A stretch of 64,000 nt of DNA, from positions 141,176,001-141,240,000 of the forward strand of contig CM059431.1 in assembly GCA_030390025.1 (NCBI GenBank), given 5' to 3'. Of the stretch, positions 1 to 11,050 are shown one piece after another. The stretch's first letter is position 1, and each line of letters opens with the position of its first letter. The position numbers and the translations under genes were made by a program. The notes beneath the pieces are model-generated. The model saw only the letters and a list, made by a program, of their open reading frames with translations, made no database searches and had not been told where the DNA came from. This DNA comes from Squalus acanthias. Lineage: Eukaryota.

Positions 1-750
1 CCATTGCGCGTCCACTGTCATACCTTTTAATATATTTTCCCAATCTGCCTTAGCCAACTCGCCCCTCATGCCTATGTAGTTTGCTTTGTTTAGATTTAAG
101 ACCCTAGTTTCGGATTTAACTATGTTCTTTCAAACTCAATATAAAATTCTGTAATATTATGGTCACTCTTCACTAAGTGCCCCTTTACTACAAGGTTATT
201 AATTAACCCTTTCACGTTGCACAATACTAGATCTAAGTTCATGTTCTCGAGTTGGTTCCTCAACATACTGGTCTAGAAAACTATCTTGCATACAGCCCCT
301 TGCTGTTTCTGAGATCCACCCAAACTAATTCTACTTCGTGATTTTCGGAGCTAAGATCCTTTCTCGCTACTGTCTGTATCCCATCCCTTATTATCAGGGC
401 TACCCCTCCTCCTTTTTCATTTTGCCTATCTCTTCTAATATTTATGTATCCTGGAATATTTAGTTCCCAACTTTGGCCACTTTGCAACCACGTCTCCGTT
501 TTGGCTATTAGATCAAACCTGTTAATTTCTATCTGCGCTATTAATTCATCTATTTTGTTGTGAATGCTTCATGCATTCAGATATTAGTCACTGATGCCTT
601 TTTACCTTTGTTACTCTCTCTGTCCCTTCCTGACCCACTCTGTTTATGTTTACCCAAAACTCTACTCTGTTCTAGTGCCTTGACATTTCACTGCATTTAA
701 ATGTAATCTTTCCTGAATCCTCCCACCCCCCGCCCCCTTCATTAGTTCAA
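1..750 (-). mobile_element. CR1 LINE fragment (ORF2 APE endonuclease region, internally deleted)
   Basis: ORF 281-487 reads GQSWELNIPGY...GGGVALII, typical of CR1 endonuclease. Closely similar to the copy at about 59600-60090. Confidence 0.85.
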
Positions 751-789
751 TTCAATTGACATTAATGGGCAGACAACGCAAGCGGCACA

Positions 790-1665
790 GAATCATAGAA
801 TCAGAAAGCACATAAGGAGACCATGCTGCCTATCGTGCCTCTTCCGGCTCTTTGAAATAGGTATCCCATTAGTCCAACTCCCCTGCACTTTCCCCAAAGC
901 CCAGCAAATCCTGCCTTTTCAAGTAAATACCCAATTCACTTTTAAAGTTACTATTTGTGAAAAGATGTCAGCAGTGGCTCTGTGGTAGCACTCTCGCCTC
1001 TGAATCAGATGGCTGTGGGCTAAAGTCCCGCTCCAGAGACTTGAACACAAAATCTAAGTTGACATTCCAATGCAGTACTGAGGGAATGCTGCACTGTCGG
1101 AGGTGCCGTCTTTCAGATGGGACGTTAAACCGAGGCCCCGACTGCACTGTCAGGAGGACGTAAAAGATCCCACAGCACTATTTGAAAGAAGAGCAGGGGA
1201 GGTCTCCACAGAGTCCTGGACAATATTCATCCCTCAACCAACATCCCTGATCATCATCTCATGGTTATTGGTGAGACCTGGCTGTGTACAATGGGGTCAC
1301 TCCTCCTACATGATAACAGTGTATACACTTGAAAAATACTTTGTTGGCTGGAAAGCGCTTAAGGATGTTTTGGATCTTGAATAGATCTGTAAACACGTAA
1401 TTTTTTTTTATTTTTGTATTTGTTTCCATGACCCTTTCAGGCAATTCATTCCGGATTATAACAGTTCGCTATGTAAACAAAATATCCTCATCTGCTCCCT
1501 GGATCATCATCCAATTGCCTGAATTACGAATCCTCTGATTACTGACCCTCCTGCCAGTGGAAACTATCTCTCCTTATTTACTCAAAACCCCTCACCATTT
1601 TGAAAATCTCTGTTAAATCTCACCTGAACATTCTCTGCTCTATGAAGAACGATCCCAGCTTCTGG
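790..1665 (-). mobile_element. Old CR1 3' fragment interrupted by a SINE
   Basis: agaatcatagaatc (reverse of the CR1 tail) at about 790. CR1-like sequence resumes after the SINE at about 1415-1665. Confidence 0.6.
966..1410 (+). mobile_element. tRNA-derived Deu-domain SINE (SacSINE1/AmnSINE-like)
   Basis: tRNA-like head (gtggctctgtggtagcactctcgcctctgaatcag), then the Deu-type core cagtactgaggg...gccgtctttcagatgggacgttaaaccgaggcccc...taaaagatccc, then a LINE-like tail. Family name is from recall. Confidence 0.8.
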
Positions 1666-2132
1666 CCATGTCGGCAGTTTTCAGGTCTTTCACCCGCTGT
1701 GGGCGAGGGCCCACCCGAGACCTCACATCTGGGTACCTCCAGTCTGACTTTGATCTCTTCCTGGCTCAGTTTAGAAGATGAATCGTTATTTTTTTCGCAT
1801 AATCAAAAATTTACAAGATTATTAATACATGTTTTCATATAAGCAACAATTTAGAATATTAATCTTTATTTTTTTCGTATTATCAACAATTTAAGGATCA
1901 CATTTTAAATATGTTAACAAATTCCCCTTTGAAAAGAATCCAATCTCTTTCTTGAACGATTTGATCGAATCTCCTTTCATTTCATTTCACTGATCAGTTT
2001 AAAAAGTTGAAAACAAAATATAATTGATATTTTATTGCTTCAAAGTGGGTCTCTCTCCGTCTATTGATTTGTTGGACTGTTACCTTCTCATCATAGCCCC
2101 GCTCTTCTGGTTCCCTTTCTTTCTGTCAGATC

Positions 2133-2587
2133 CCACTCTCTGCCAGATTCCATCCCACGGGTTCCCGCACTCTGCCAGTTCCCAGTCCCACGGGTTCCCG
2201 CACTCTGCCAGTTCCCAGTCCCACGGATTCCCGCACTCTGCCAGATCCCAGTCCCAAGGGCTCCCAAACTCTGCCAGATCCCAGTCCCACGGATTCCCGC
2301 ACTCTGCCAGTTCCCAGTCCCACGGGTTCCCGCACTCTGCCAGTTCCCCGTCCCACGGGTTCCCGCACTCTGCCAGATCCCAGTCCCACGGGTTCCCACA
2401 CTCTGCCAGATCCCAGTCCCACGGGTACCCGCACTCTGCCAGATCGCAGTCACACCGGTTCCCGCACTCTGCCAGATCCCAGTCCCACGGGTGCCCGCTC
2501 TCTGCTAGATCACAGTCCGACGGGGTTCCACACTCTGCCAAATCCCAGTCCCACGGGTTCCCGCACCATGCCAGTTCCCAATCTGCC
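2133..2587. repeat. 33-bp minisatellite, about 13 copies (TCCCAGTCCCACGGGTTCCCGCACTCTGCCAGA)
   Basis: Directly visible tandem unit; gives 11-aa periodic ORFs on both strands. Confidence 0.95.
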
Positions 2588-4439
2588 CTTTGTTCGAGAA
2601 TTGTGCCTCGAATATCAGAGGAATAGAGTTCCAATGAAATCTATTATTGTTGGCACAAGAAGTGTTGAGTTTACCTCATTTGGGCTGTGTGAGCAGTTCT
2701 GATAAGCTAAACATGGAAAGTATATTTCTGCACTTTATAGGTCACACAGCTCTGTACCAGAGATTCCAGGGATTCACAATTCCAGGTTTGAAGAAATTAG
2801 AGAAAATCCTGCTTTCCATCTTTAGAAAAGAGGAAACCCACCAGGTGGTCTCATGTTTGCTCAGCAGCTTTATTTTACCTTTTCAGTTCAAGGATAATAA
2901 ATAAATCACTAATCTTTATGCCTACTGTTTTTTCGGGATCATTAGAATTGTGGACATCAGCTCTGGGCAATGATTTTCTTAACATTAATATAAATCAAGA
3001 TGTATTTAATTCCGGCTGTGGTAAAGATTCCTTTACATTCTTCTGGCATTGAGTGGAACAAGAGACAGATTCCGATGTTAAGGACGGCCGTCAGCCTCTG
3101 GATGGAGCTCTGTAATCCTCCACTAACTGTCCACAACCACAGAACACTCTGCACTGTTATACAAACACATCCAACGCGATCATCGTGTTCCGATATGTCG
3201 ATATGCGATGGAGAACTTCGCGTGAGTTACACCACAAATTTTTAAGTCTGTCTTTCGATCCGAATATGCAATACAATTTTAATAACATTTAAATCTGTTA
3301 CTGAGTCTAAGAATTTATGAGAGACTAGGTTTCATCGACAAGAACTAAAAACTGACCCACAATCCAAATACTGGCACTGCCAAACTGACTCTGACAGTAA
3401 AGAGTCTAGAAACAATTGCTGGCGTTTTCAAAAGTGTCGGTATTTTATCAATTACTATCAGAAATAAGATACACGTCAATAATTCCGTGATTTGACTGTA
3501 GTTTCCTTTGCTTCAGTGAATTTTGTCGATTGGCAGCAGCGTATTTTACATCCACCCAATTCTCTTTTTCATTATAGACAATGAAAAAGGAAATTCGGTC
3601 GAGGTGTATGACTGGCGGACAGTTCGCTCCAGCCAGATTTCCGCCCAGGCCGAAATTGAAAATGACCTTAATTTCAGAATATTCAGATTCCACTAATCCC
3701 AAATGGACTGATAACTAGAGGCATGCAGTGGATGGAAGGCACCGCGATAAAAATACAATCCGACTGGGGAAAAGAAAATGCATGCAAGCCAATCATTTTA
3801 AAATTAATATAAACCACCAGAACCATTAATATCTGCGGCGCGCATCAATCGCTGAAGAAGTGTAAAGATCGAGCTGACACAGCGCTGCCTGTTTATATGT
3901 GTAACCCGGGATACTGAATAGAACAGCGTAAGCAGTTAGAGACAGTCCTCTGACTTTCTTACACATCCTGCAGTGTGAACAGTGGATTTACCCAGTTCGA
4001 GGAACAGCTTTTCCTCGACATCTTCCAACCTGCATCACATATACTGCAGAATAAATTGGAAAAAAGTTTCAACCGAGCCACTGAAATTAGCGGGCGGACA
4101 AAATGCTAGTTAATTGGTTCGAATCCTCATCTGAAGCCGTTACACCGAGAAACGCTCTCAAACCCAGGTCCCCAGTGATGCCGGACGGCGCTCCGAATAC
4201 ACCGCCTTGCACTGGGGGTACCCGTTCAACACCAGTTGGTAAAAGGGACGGGGTACTACAGGGCACTGTCTGTGCACCAACACACACAGCGGATTATTCC
4301 ATGTAAATATCTGAGAGTCCTGATTACTGACCCTTGCCTGAAATGCCCCGATTATAAATTCGTATTTCTTGCACTGTGTTACCAGGTTACAGGTTGGCTG
4401 ATTCACGTTAATAACACGCAGATTCACCATGATACATTT

Positions 4440-4670
4440 AGTAACAGCAAGTAACAACTTTATTTAATGTTGCTGGGCAGCCTTCAACTATTTCTCATTA
4501 ATAAAGACGTCAGAAAAAAAAGTAAAACGAGGCAACTCCAGTAAACATTCAAAAAGTGGTGAAACATCGCGACACTGTGAAGGGGACAGCGGCACCGCTC
4601 CTTATTCCCAGGAGAAGGGGTGAAGCGGCCCTTGCAGCTACAATCAGTCCAAGCAACATTTTAACCAAAC
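4440..4670 (-). other. Putative spliced 3' UTR terminal exon of GPCR copy 1
   Basis: Donor AG|GTACG at 4963, acceptor ttttttctcgcag ending 4671, AATAAA at 4459-4464. All three signals are conserved in the paralog. Confidence 0.5.
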
Positions 4671-5069
4671 CTGCGAGAAAAAAGTAAGGGAAAGGGAGTT
4701 GTAAACGACTAAATCTTTCCCTAAAACTGCTGACTGATCCGGTCAATATATGGCAGAATTAAATTACAGTCCTCGCAGAATCAGATATTAAACCCGTTGA
4801 TCAACTGTTATATTTCCCTATTAAATTTCACTTCATCATTGACATTTTTCATACTTAAGGGGGAATGACCTTGTTAGGGAGGAGACACTCGGCCAAAGAA
4901 CTGCGGAAACACACGGTCCATGTTGGTTAAATGTTACAAAGTGCCCCAAATAGAGTCGCGTACCTGTGAGTTTTTACAAGAACAATCCTTATGCAGCGGT
5001 TAGCAGAGAGAACCCCAGTCTAAGCTGGAACACGAGCTAGAACGGAATTCTAATGTCCCAACCGAAGCT

Positions 5070-5989
5070 CTAGTTCGGCTTTCTTTCATGTTTAACCAAT
5101 CTTAGAATCAGTGTCCAGGGAGTTTTCAGCACCTTCTTCAGCTCTTCTCTGAACTTCCTCTGGGTCGCTGCATAAATACACGTGTTCGGACAGGAACTCA
5201 AATGCTTCAGCATGGCTCCGGTTTCAGTGGCGACATAGGCTGGGTTTGTGCGGTCGCCTCGGTAGTAAGTGGTGTTCGACATTCTGGTAATCAAAAAACT
5301 CACGGCAGATGTCAGCCACAGCAATATAAAACTGCCCGATATAGCGAAGAGCAAAATGATGGATTTCCTTCGGCTCTCCATCTCTGGATCGCTCTGATTC
5401 TCACTGCTCTGACCCCGGAGTCCCCTGCGGGCTCTGCTGGCCATTAATATACGTTTGACGGTCAAACAATTAAACAGGGCCATTAAGGTAAAGGGAAGCC
5501 AAACGACCCATATGGTGTGAAACCAGAGATACGCTTCACCTGCAGGGGAGGAAAAAAAAGCTACACTTGACTGACAGCCCCACTGCACCTTGTTAATTAT
5601 TTGCTGAGATTCATATCCAAACAACACGGGGATGCCCTTTAAAACGACTAGAACCGTGAACGCTGTTATAACCGCAGCCGCAGTTCTCTCGGTGCAATAC
5701 TTTACTTTAAACTTCTGGCAGCAGATAACTACAAATCGGTCAAATGTGAAGGAGACGGTGAACCAAACAGACAAATCGAAGGTGGCATGATTCATGTATA
5801 GATTGGACTTACACACCGGAGTCTGGGACAGGAATGAATATGGAAAATGATAACTGAAAATATAATATACCATTACATTGAAGATCATGACCAGTAGATC
5901 TGCTGTTGCCATGGCCACCATGTAGACAGAGATACACTTGGAAAGACCGCAGTTTCCTCTGGAGAGAATCACAATTGTCACCAGGTTCG
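5070..5989 (-). CDS. gpr139-like: GPR139/GPR142-like orphan class A GPCR, coding exon 2 (end of TM1 to TM7 and stop)
   Basis: Hydrophobic TM pattern with YMVAMATADLL (TM2), FTFDRF (TM3), FILLWL (TM6) and NTCIY (TM7). Acceptor ctctctttcttacag ends at 5990. Probably a lineage-expanded paralog rather than the true ortholog. Confidence 0.9.
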
Positions 5990-6410
5990 CTGTAAGAAAG
6001 AGAGAGGAGAGAAATAATGTTCCAGTATCTGATTGAAATATATATGCAGATACCTATGGAGAGCATCTTACTCCATTCAGTGTGATTTTCAACACGTAGC
6101 AGTGTGAGAACAGGATTAGTATTGGAGCCATTACCTGGGAAACCCACACACACATTTTAATGAGCTGCTACAGCGCTCACTCTGCACGGGGGGAAAAGAC
6201 GGTCCGGAAATCCGCTAAAATCCTGGTGTTGGAACTTCAAAATCATTGTAACATCAGTAATGTTATGGTATTAAGGGGAACGTGGAAAGTGCAGACACGC
6301 GGTTCACTGTGTCATGCTGACATCTGTAAAACTGTTACCTTATCCAATATGCGACATGAACAGGGACACAGTTAACACCGATTAACAACAAGCAGGTTAC
6401 AATGGCTCAC

Positions 6411-6480
6411 CGGGGACACCGAAAGCTGCGAGAATCGGGTAGTAAATCTCTTTTATCAGCAGCATAGCTGGTCGCCCCAT
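6411..6480 (-). CDS. gpr139-like: GPR139-like GPCR coding exon 1 (MGRPAMLLIKEIYYPILAAFGVP)
   Basis: ATG at 6480. The 70-nt exon ends G|gtgagc and joins exon 2 in phase 1 to give FGVPANLVTIVILSR (TM1). Intron 421 nt; spliced protein 329 aa. Confidence 0.88.
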
Positions 6481-6555
6481 TTTCAGTGAGAATGGATGAA
6501 TTCTGTAGGAGATTAAAGACTCTGACTGGCGCACGGCTGAGACAATAGAGGGGAA

Positions 6556-6570
6556 CCTATATTTATTCAC
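6556..6570 (-). promoter_or_regulatory. TATA-like element (AATAAATATA) upstream of GPCR copy 1
   Basis: About 80 nt upstream of the ATG on the minus strand; positional evidence only. Confidence 0.35.
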
Positions 6571-9500
6571 ACATCAATCCGTCAGGGAGTTAATCAAATT
6601 AACTCATTATTGGCATTAGTTACAGTCATTTAACAAATAGACTGAGGTAAGTTGTTTTTTTTGACTGTTAATTCAGCTTAAGAGAAATTAATGAAATTGT
6701 TATTGTACAGTTTCAAAAACACACAATAAATACAAACATTCTTTACAAATGGAAACTGGAATCACCCAAAAATGGAGCTGAACCTATTCCAGCAGAACTG
6801 GTGGAAGCTGCTCCACTGGCAGTCATCGGCCTGACCCAGCCCTTCACTGACTCCTAGTGCTCCAACTCCTCTAGAACAGGCGATGAAACAAATCCTATAA
6901 TATATGAAACGGTCCTGCAGCATTAGAGATGACCTTGTTCCTCTGGTAATAGTAGCTCGCAAAACTTACAATAGACGTGAATCTGCTCCTTCACTATTAG
7001 TGATAACCTACATAGAAACATAGAAACTTAGATAAATAGGAGCAGGAGTAGGCCCTTCGGCCCTTCGAGCCTGCTCCGCCATTCAATATGATCATGGTTA
7101 ATCCTTTATCTCAATACCATATTCCCGCTCTCTCCCCATACCCCGTGAAGCCTTTTGTGTCTGCAAATCTATCGATCTCCTTCTCAAATATATTCAGTGA
7201 CTTGGCCTCCACAGCCATCTGTGGTAGAGAATTCGTCAGGTTCACCACCCTCTGAGGGAAGAAATCTCGCCTCATCGCAGTCTTAAATATCCTACCCCGA
7301 ATCCTGAGAATGTGAACAACCGTTCTAAACTTCCCAGCCAGGGGAAACATCCTCCCTGCATCCAGTCTGTCTAGCCCTGTCAGAATTTTATCAGTTTCAA
7401 TGAGATCCCCTCTCATTCTTCTAAAATCTAGTGAATACAAGTCTATTCGATATAGTCTCTCCTCATACGACAGTCCTGCAATCCCAGGAATCAGTCTGGT
7501 GAACCTTCGCTGCACTCCCTCTATGGCAATTATATCCTTTCTGAGGTAAGGAGACCAAAACGGCAAACAGTGCTCCAGGTGGGGTCTCACCAAGGCCCTG
7601 TATAACTGTAGTAAGAAATCCTTGCTCCTGTCTCTAATCCTCTTGCAATGAAGGACAACATACCATTTGCCTTCCTAACTGATTGCTGCACCTGCATGTT
7701 TGCTTTCAGTGACTGGCGTATAAGGACTGCCAGGTCCCTTTTAACATCAACATTTCCCAATCTATCACCATTTAAACAATAGTCTGCCTTTCTGTTTTTC
7801 CTACCGAAGTGGATAACTACACATTTCTCAACTTTATACTGCATCTGCCATGTATTTGCCCACTCACTGATCCCTGCGGTACCCCACTAATCACCGCCTG
7901 ACACCCTGAAAAAGACCCATTCGTTCCTACTCTCTGTTTCCTGTCTGTTAACCAATTTTCAATCCATGCCAGTATATTATCCCCAATCCGATGTGCTTTA
8001 ATTTTGCACACTAACCTCTTATGTGGGAGTTTTTCAAAGGCCCTCTGAAAATCATAATACACCACATCCACTGGCTCTCCCTTATCTATTCTACCAGTTA
8101 CATCTTCAAAAACTCCAGTGGGTTTGTCAAACACGATTTCCCTTCCATAAATCCATGATGACTTTGTCAAATCCCGTTGAAATTTTCTAAGTGTCCTGTT
8201 ACCATATCCTTAATAATAGACTCTAGCATTTTCCCTACCACTGATGTTAGGCTGTGGTTCCCTATTTTCTCCCTCGCTGATTTTTTTAATAGTGGGGTTA
8301 CATTTGCCACTCTCCAGTCTGCTTGAACTGTTCCATAATCTATAGAATTTCTGAAGATGACATCCAATGCCTCCACTATTTCCATGGCTACCTCTTTTAT
8401 TACTCTGGGATGCAGATTATCAGGCCCGGGGGATTTATCGGCTTTCAGTACCATTAATTTCTCCAATACTATTTTTTTACTGATACTAATTTCCTTTAAT
8501 TCCTCCTTCTCACTAGACCTTAGCATTTCTGGGAAGTTATTTGTGTCCTCTACCGTGAGGACAGAACCAAAGTATTTGATTAATTGCTCTGTCATTTCCT
8601 TGTTCCCCATTATACATTCTCCCATTTCTGAGTGTAAGGGACCTCCATTTGTCTTCACTAATCTTTATCTTTTTACATACTTGTAGAAGCCGCTTTTATG
8701 TTCCTTGACAGTATACTCTCATACTCTATTTTTCCCCTCTTAATCAATCTCTTGGTCCTTTTTTGCTGAATTCTAAACTGCTCCCACTCCTCAGGCTTGC
8801 TACTTTTTCTGGCAACTTTATATGACTCCTCTTTGGTTCTAATACTATCCTTAATTTGTTTTGTTAGCCATGGTTGGGCCGCTTTTCCTTTAGTGTTTTA
8901 GCGCCAGAAAGGAATGTGTAACGGTTGCAACTCATGCCTTCGTTCCTTAAAAGTTAGCCATTGCCTATCCACCTTCATGCCTTTTAATGAAGCTCCCCAA
9001 TCTATCATAGCCAACTCACTCCTCCTACCTTCGTAGTTTCCTTTGTTTAGATTTAGGACCTTGTTTCGGATTGGATTACTTCACTTTCCATCTTAATGAA
9101 GAATTCTTTCATGTTATGGTCACTCTTCCCGAAAGGACCCTGCACAACAAGATTATTAATTAACCACTTCTCATTGCACAATGCCCAATCTTTGATAGCC
9201 TGTTCACTAGATGGCCCCTCATCGTACTGGTATAAAAAAAATCTCGTACACACTCCAGGAATTCATCCTCCACAGTATAATTGCAAATTTGGTTTGGCCA
9301 GTCTATATGTAGGCTAAAGACACCCATGATTACTGCAGTACGCTTGTTACCTGCATCTCTAATTTCCTGTTTGATGCCGTCCCCTGCATTACCACTACTG
9401 TTTGGAGGCCTTTATACAACTCTCACCAACGTGTTCTGCCCCTTGGTGCTTCTTAGCTCCACGTTGTGTAATTCTACATCTTAATTTTCTGAGCCAATAT

Positions 9501-10028
9501 CCTTCCTCTATTGCTCTGATTTCATCCTTTACGACCAACGCCAACCCACCTCCTTTTCCTTTTTTGACTGTCCTTCCTAAATATGGAATATCCTTGGATA
9601 TTCAGCTCCCAGCCTTCGTCACCCTGCAGCCATGTCTCCATAATTGCAGTTATATCTATTTGCGCTACTAATTCGTCTACCTTATTACGAATACTTCGTG
9701 CATTCAGATACAGTGCCTTTAGATTTGTCTTTTTAACATTTTTAGACATTAAAATGTTTTTGGTACTTTGGCCCTATTTGTCTTCCGGTTTTTTCTTACC
9801 AGGACCCTATTTGTTAGTGCACTCTTTTGTTTCTACGCTCTGTCCCTTCCTGACACAATCTGGTTACCCTTACCCCATACCCGTTCCTGCACTGCTTCCT
9901 TGTCTTTTCTCTTCGGCATTCTAGATTTCTCTCCACCGTGACCGCCCCACCTAATTAATTTAAAGCCCTATCTACCTCCCTAGTTATTCGATTCGCTAGA
10001 ACTCTGGTCCCAGCATGGTTCATGTGTA

Positions 10029-11050
10029 ATAACAACAGAAAACGCTGGAAAACTCAGCAGGCCAGGCAGCATCCGTGGAGAGAGAAATAGAGTTAACGTT
10101 TCAGGTCGAAGACCTTTCGTCAGAACTGGAAAAAAGCAGGAAATGAAATAGATTTGAAGCAAGTATAAAGCTGGGAAAAGGGGAAGGGGATGAAAGGACA
10201 TAAGAGAGATGAAGAGACATTGAGAGACATTTAGAGATAATCAAGGCAAGAGGAGGTGTTGATGTAACAGGCTGAGGCTAAATGAAGTGTGAAATGCACT
10301 GGCAGAATGAAGGACAGCAGCCAGCTTCTGGGAGGAAAAAAAAAGGGGGGAGCCAAACAAAAGGGTGGATGAAAAAATAAAATATAAATGTGATAGGGGC
10401 CGAGGTTATGATCTAACATTTTTGAACTCGATGTTGAGTCGAGAGGGCTGTAGAGTGCCTAAACGAAGATGAGGTGCTGTTCCTCGAGCTTACGCTGCGC
10501 TTCCGTGGAACAATGTAATAGGCCAAGGACGGTGAGGTCAGAGTCGGAGTGGAGCGGAGAATTAAAGTGACAGGCCACAGGGAGCTCGGGGTCCCCCTTA
10601 CAGACTGAACGGAGGTGTTCCGCAAAGCGGTCACCCAATCTGCGTTTGGTCTCCCCAATATAGAGGAGACCACATCGTCAGCAGCGAATACAGTATACCA
10701 AATTGCAGGAACTACAATTAAATCGCTGTTTCACCTGGAAGGGGTGTTTGGGGCCCTGGACAGTGGGAGGGGGGAGATATAAGGGCATGTGTTGCATCTC
10801 CTGCGCTTGCACGGGAAGTTTTTGGGCGAAGGGGAAGTGGTGCTGGGGGTGGTAGAGGAGTGGACTCGGGTGTCGCGGATGGAGCGGTCCCTGCGGAATG
10901 CTGAAAGGGGAGGTGAGGGGAAGATGCGTTTGGTGGTGGGATCACGCTGGAGGTGGCGGAAATGGCGATGGATGATCCGTTGAATGTGGAGGCTGGTGGG
11001 GTGAAAGGTGAGGACAAGGGGAACTCTATCGTGTTTCCGGGAGGCAGGGG
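10029..11050 (-). mobile_element. 5'-truncated Penelope-like element (GIY-YIG endonuclease plus 3' pLTR) nested in CR1 ORF1
   Basis: RVPLVLTFHP...PCKRRRCNTC linker, then LVYCIRC..CGLLYIGETKRRLGDRFAEH. 14-bp TSD ATGGTTCATGTGTA at 10015-10028 and 11051-11064. Confidence 0.92.
10091..10127 (-). ncRNA. Minimal type I hammerhead ribozyme in the Penelope pLTR
   Basis: Minus strand AGTT-CTGACGA-A-AGGTC(TTC)GACCT-GAAA-C-GTT-AACT: catalytic core, stem I AGTT/AACT, stem II, and a minimal palindromic stem III. Confidence 0.8.

Larger units (their letters stand above)
2855..6930 (-). repeat. Left arm of an inverted segmental duplication (GPCR unit); partner about 24375-30660
   Basis: Co-linear reverse-complement similarity, e.g. 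2860-2970 vs 30540-30660, 4545-4690 vs 27750-27890, 6590-6830 vs 26240-26476, 6850-6930 vs 24670-24751. Confidence 0.9.

Noticed and set aside
2024..2634. Repeat protein (SQSHGFPHSAR / ECGNPWDWDLA)n
   Set aside because: By-product of the minisatellite; no gene structure supports it.
4540..4690. Antisense (plus-strand) coding exon ending AAA|GTAAGG
   Set aside because: Its acceptor is weak, whereas the opposite strand offers a coherent donor-acceptor-polyA set conserved in both copies.
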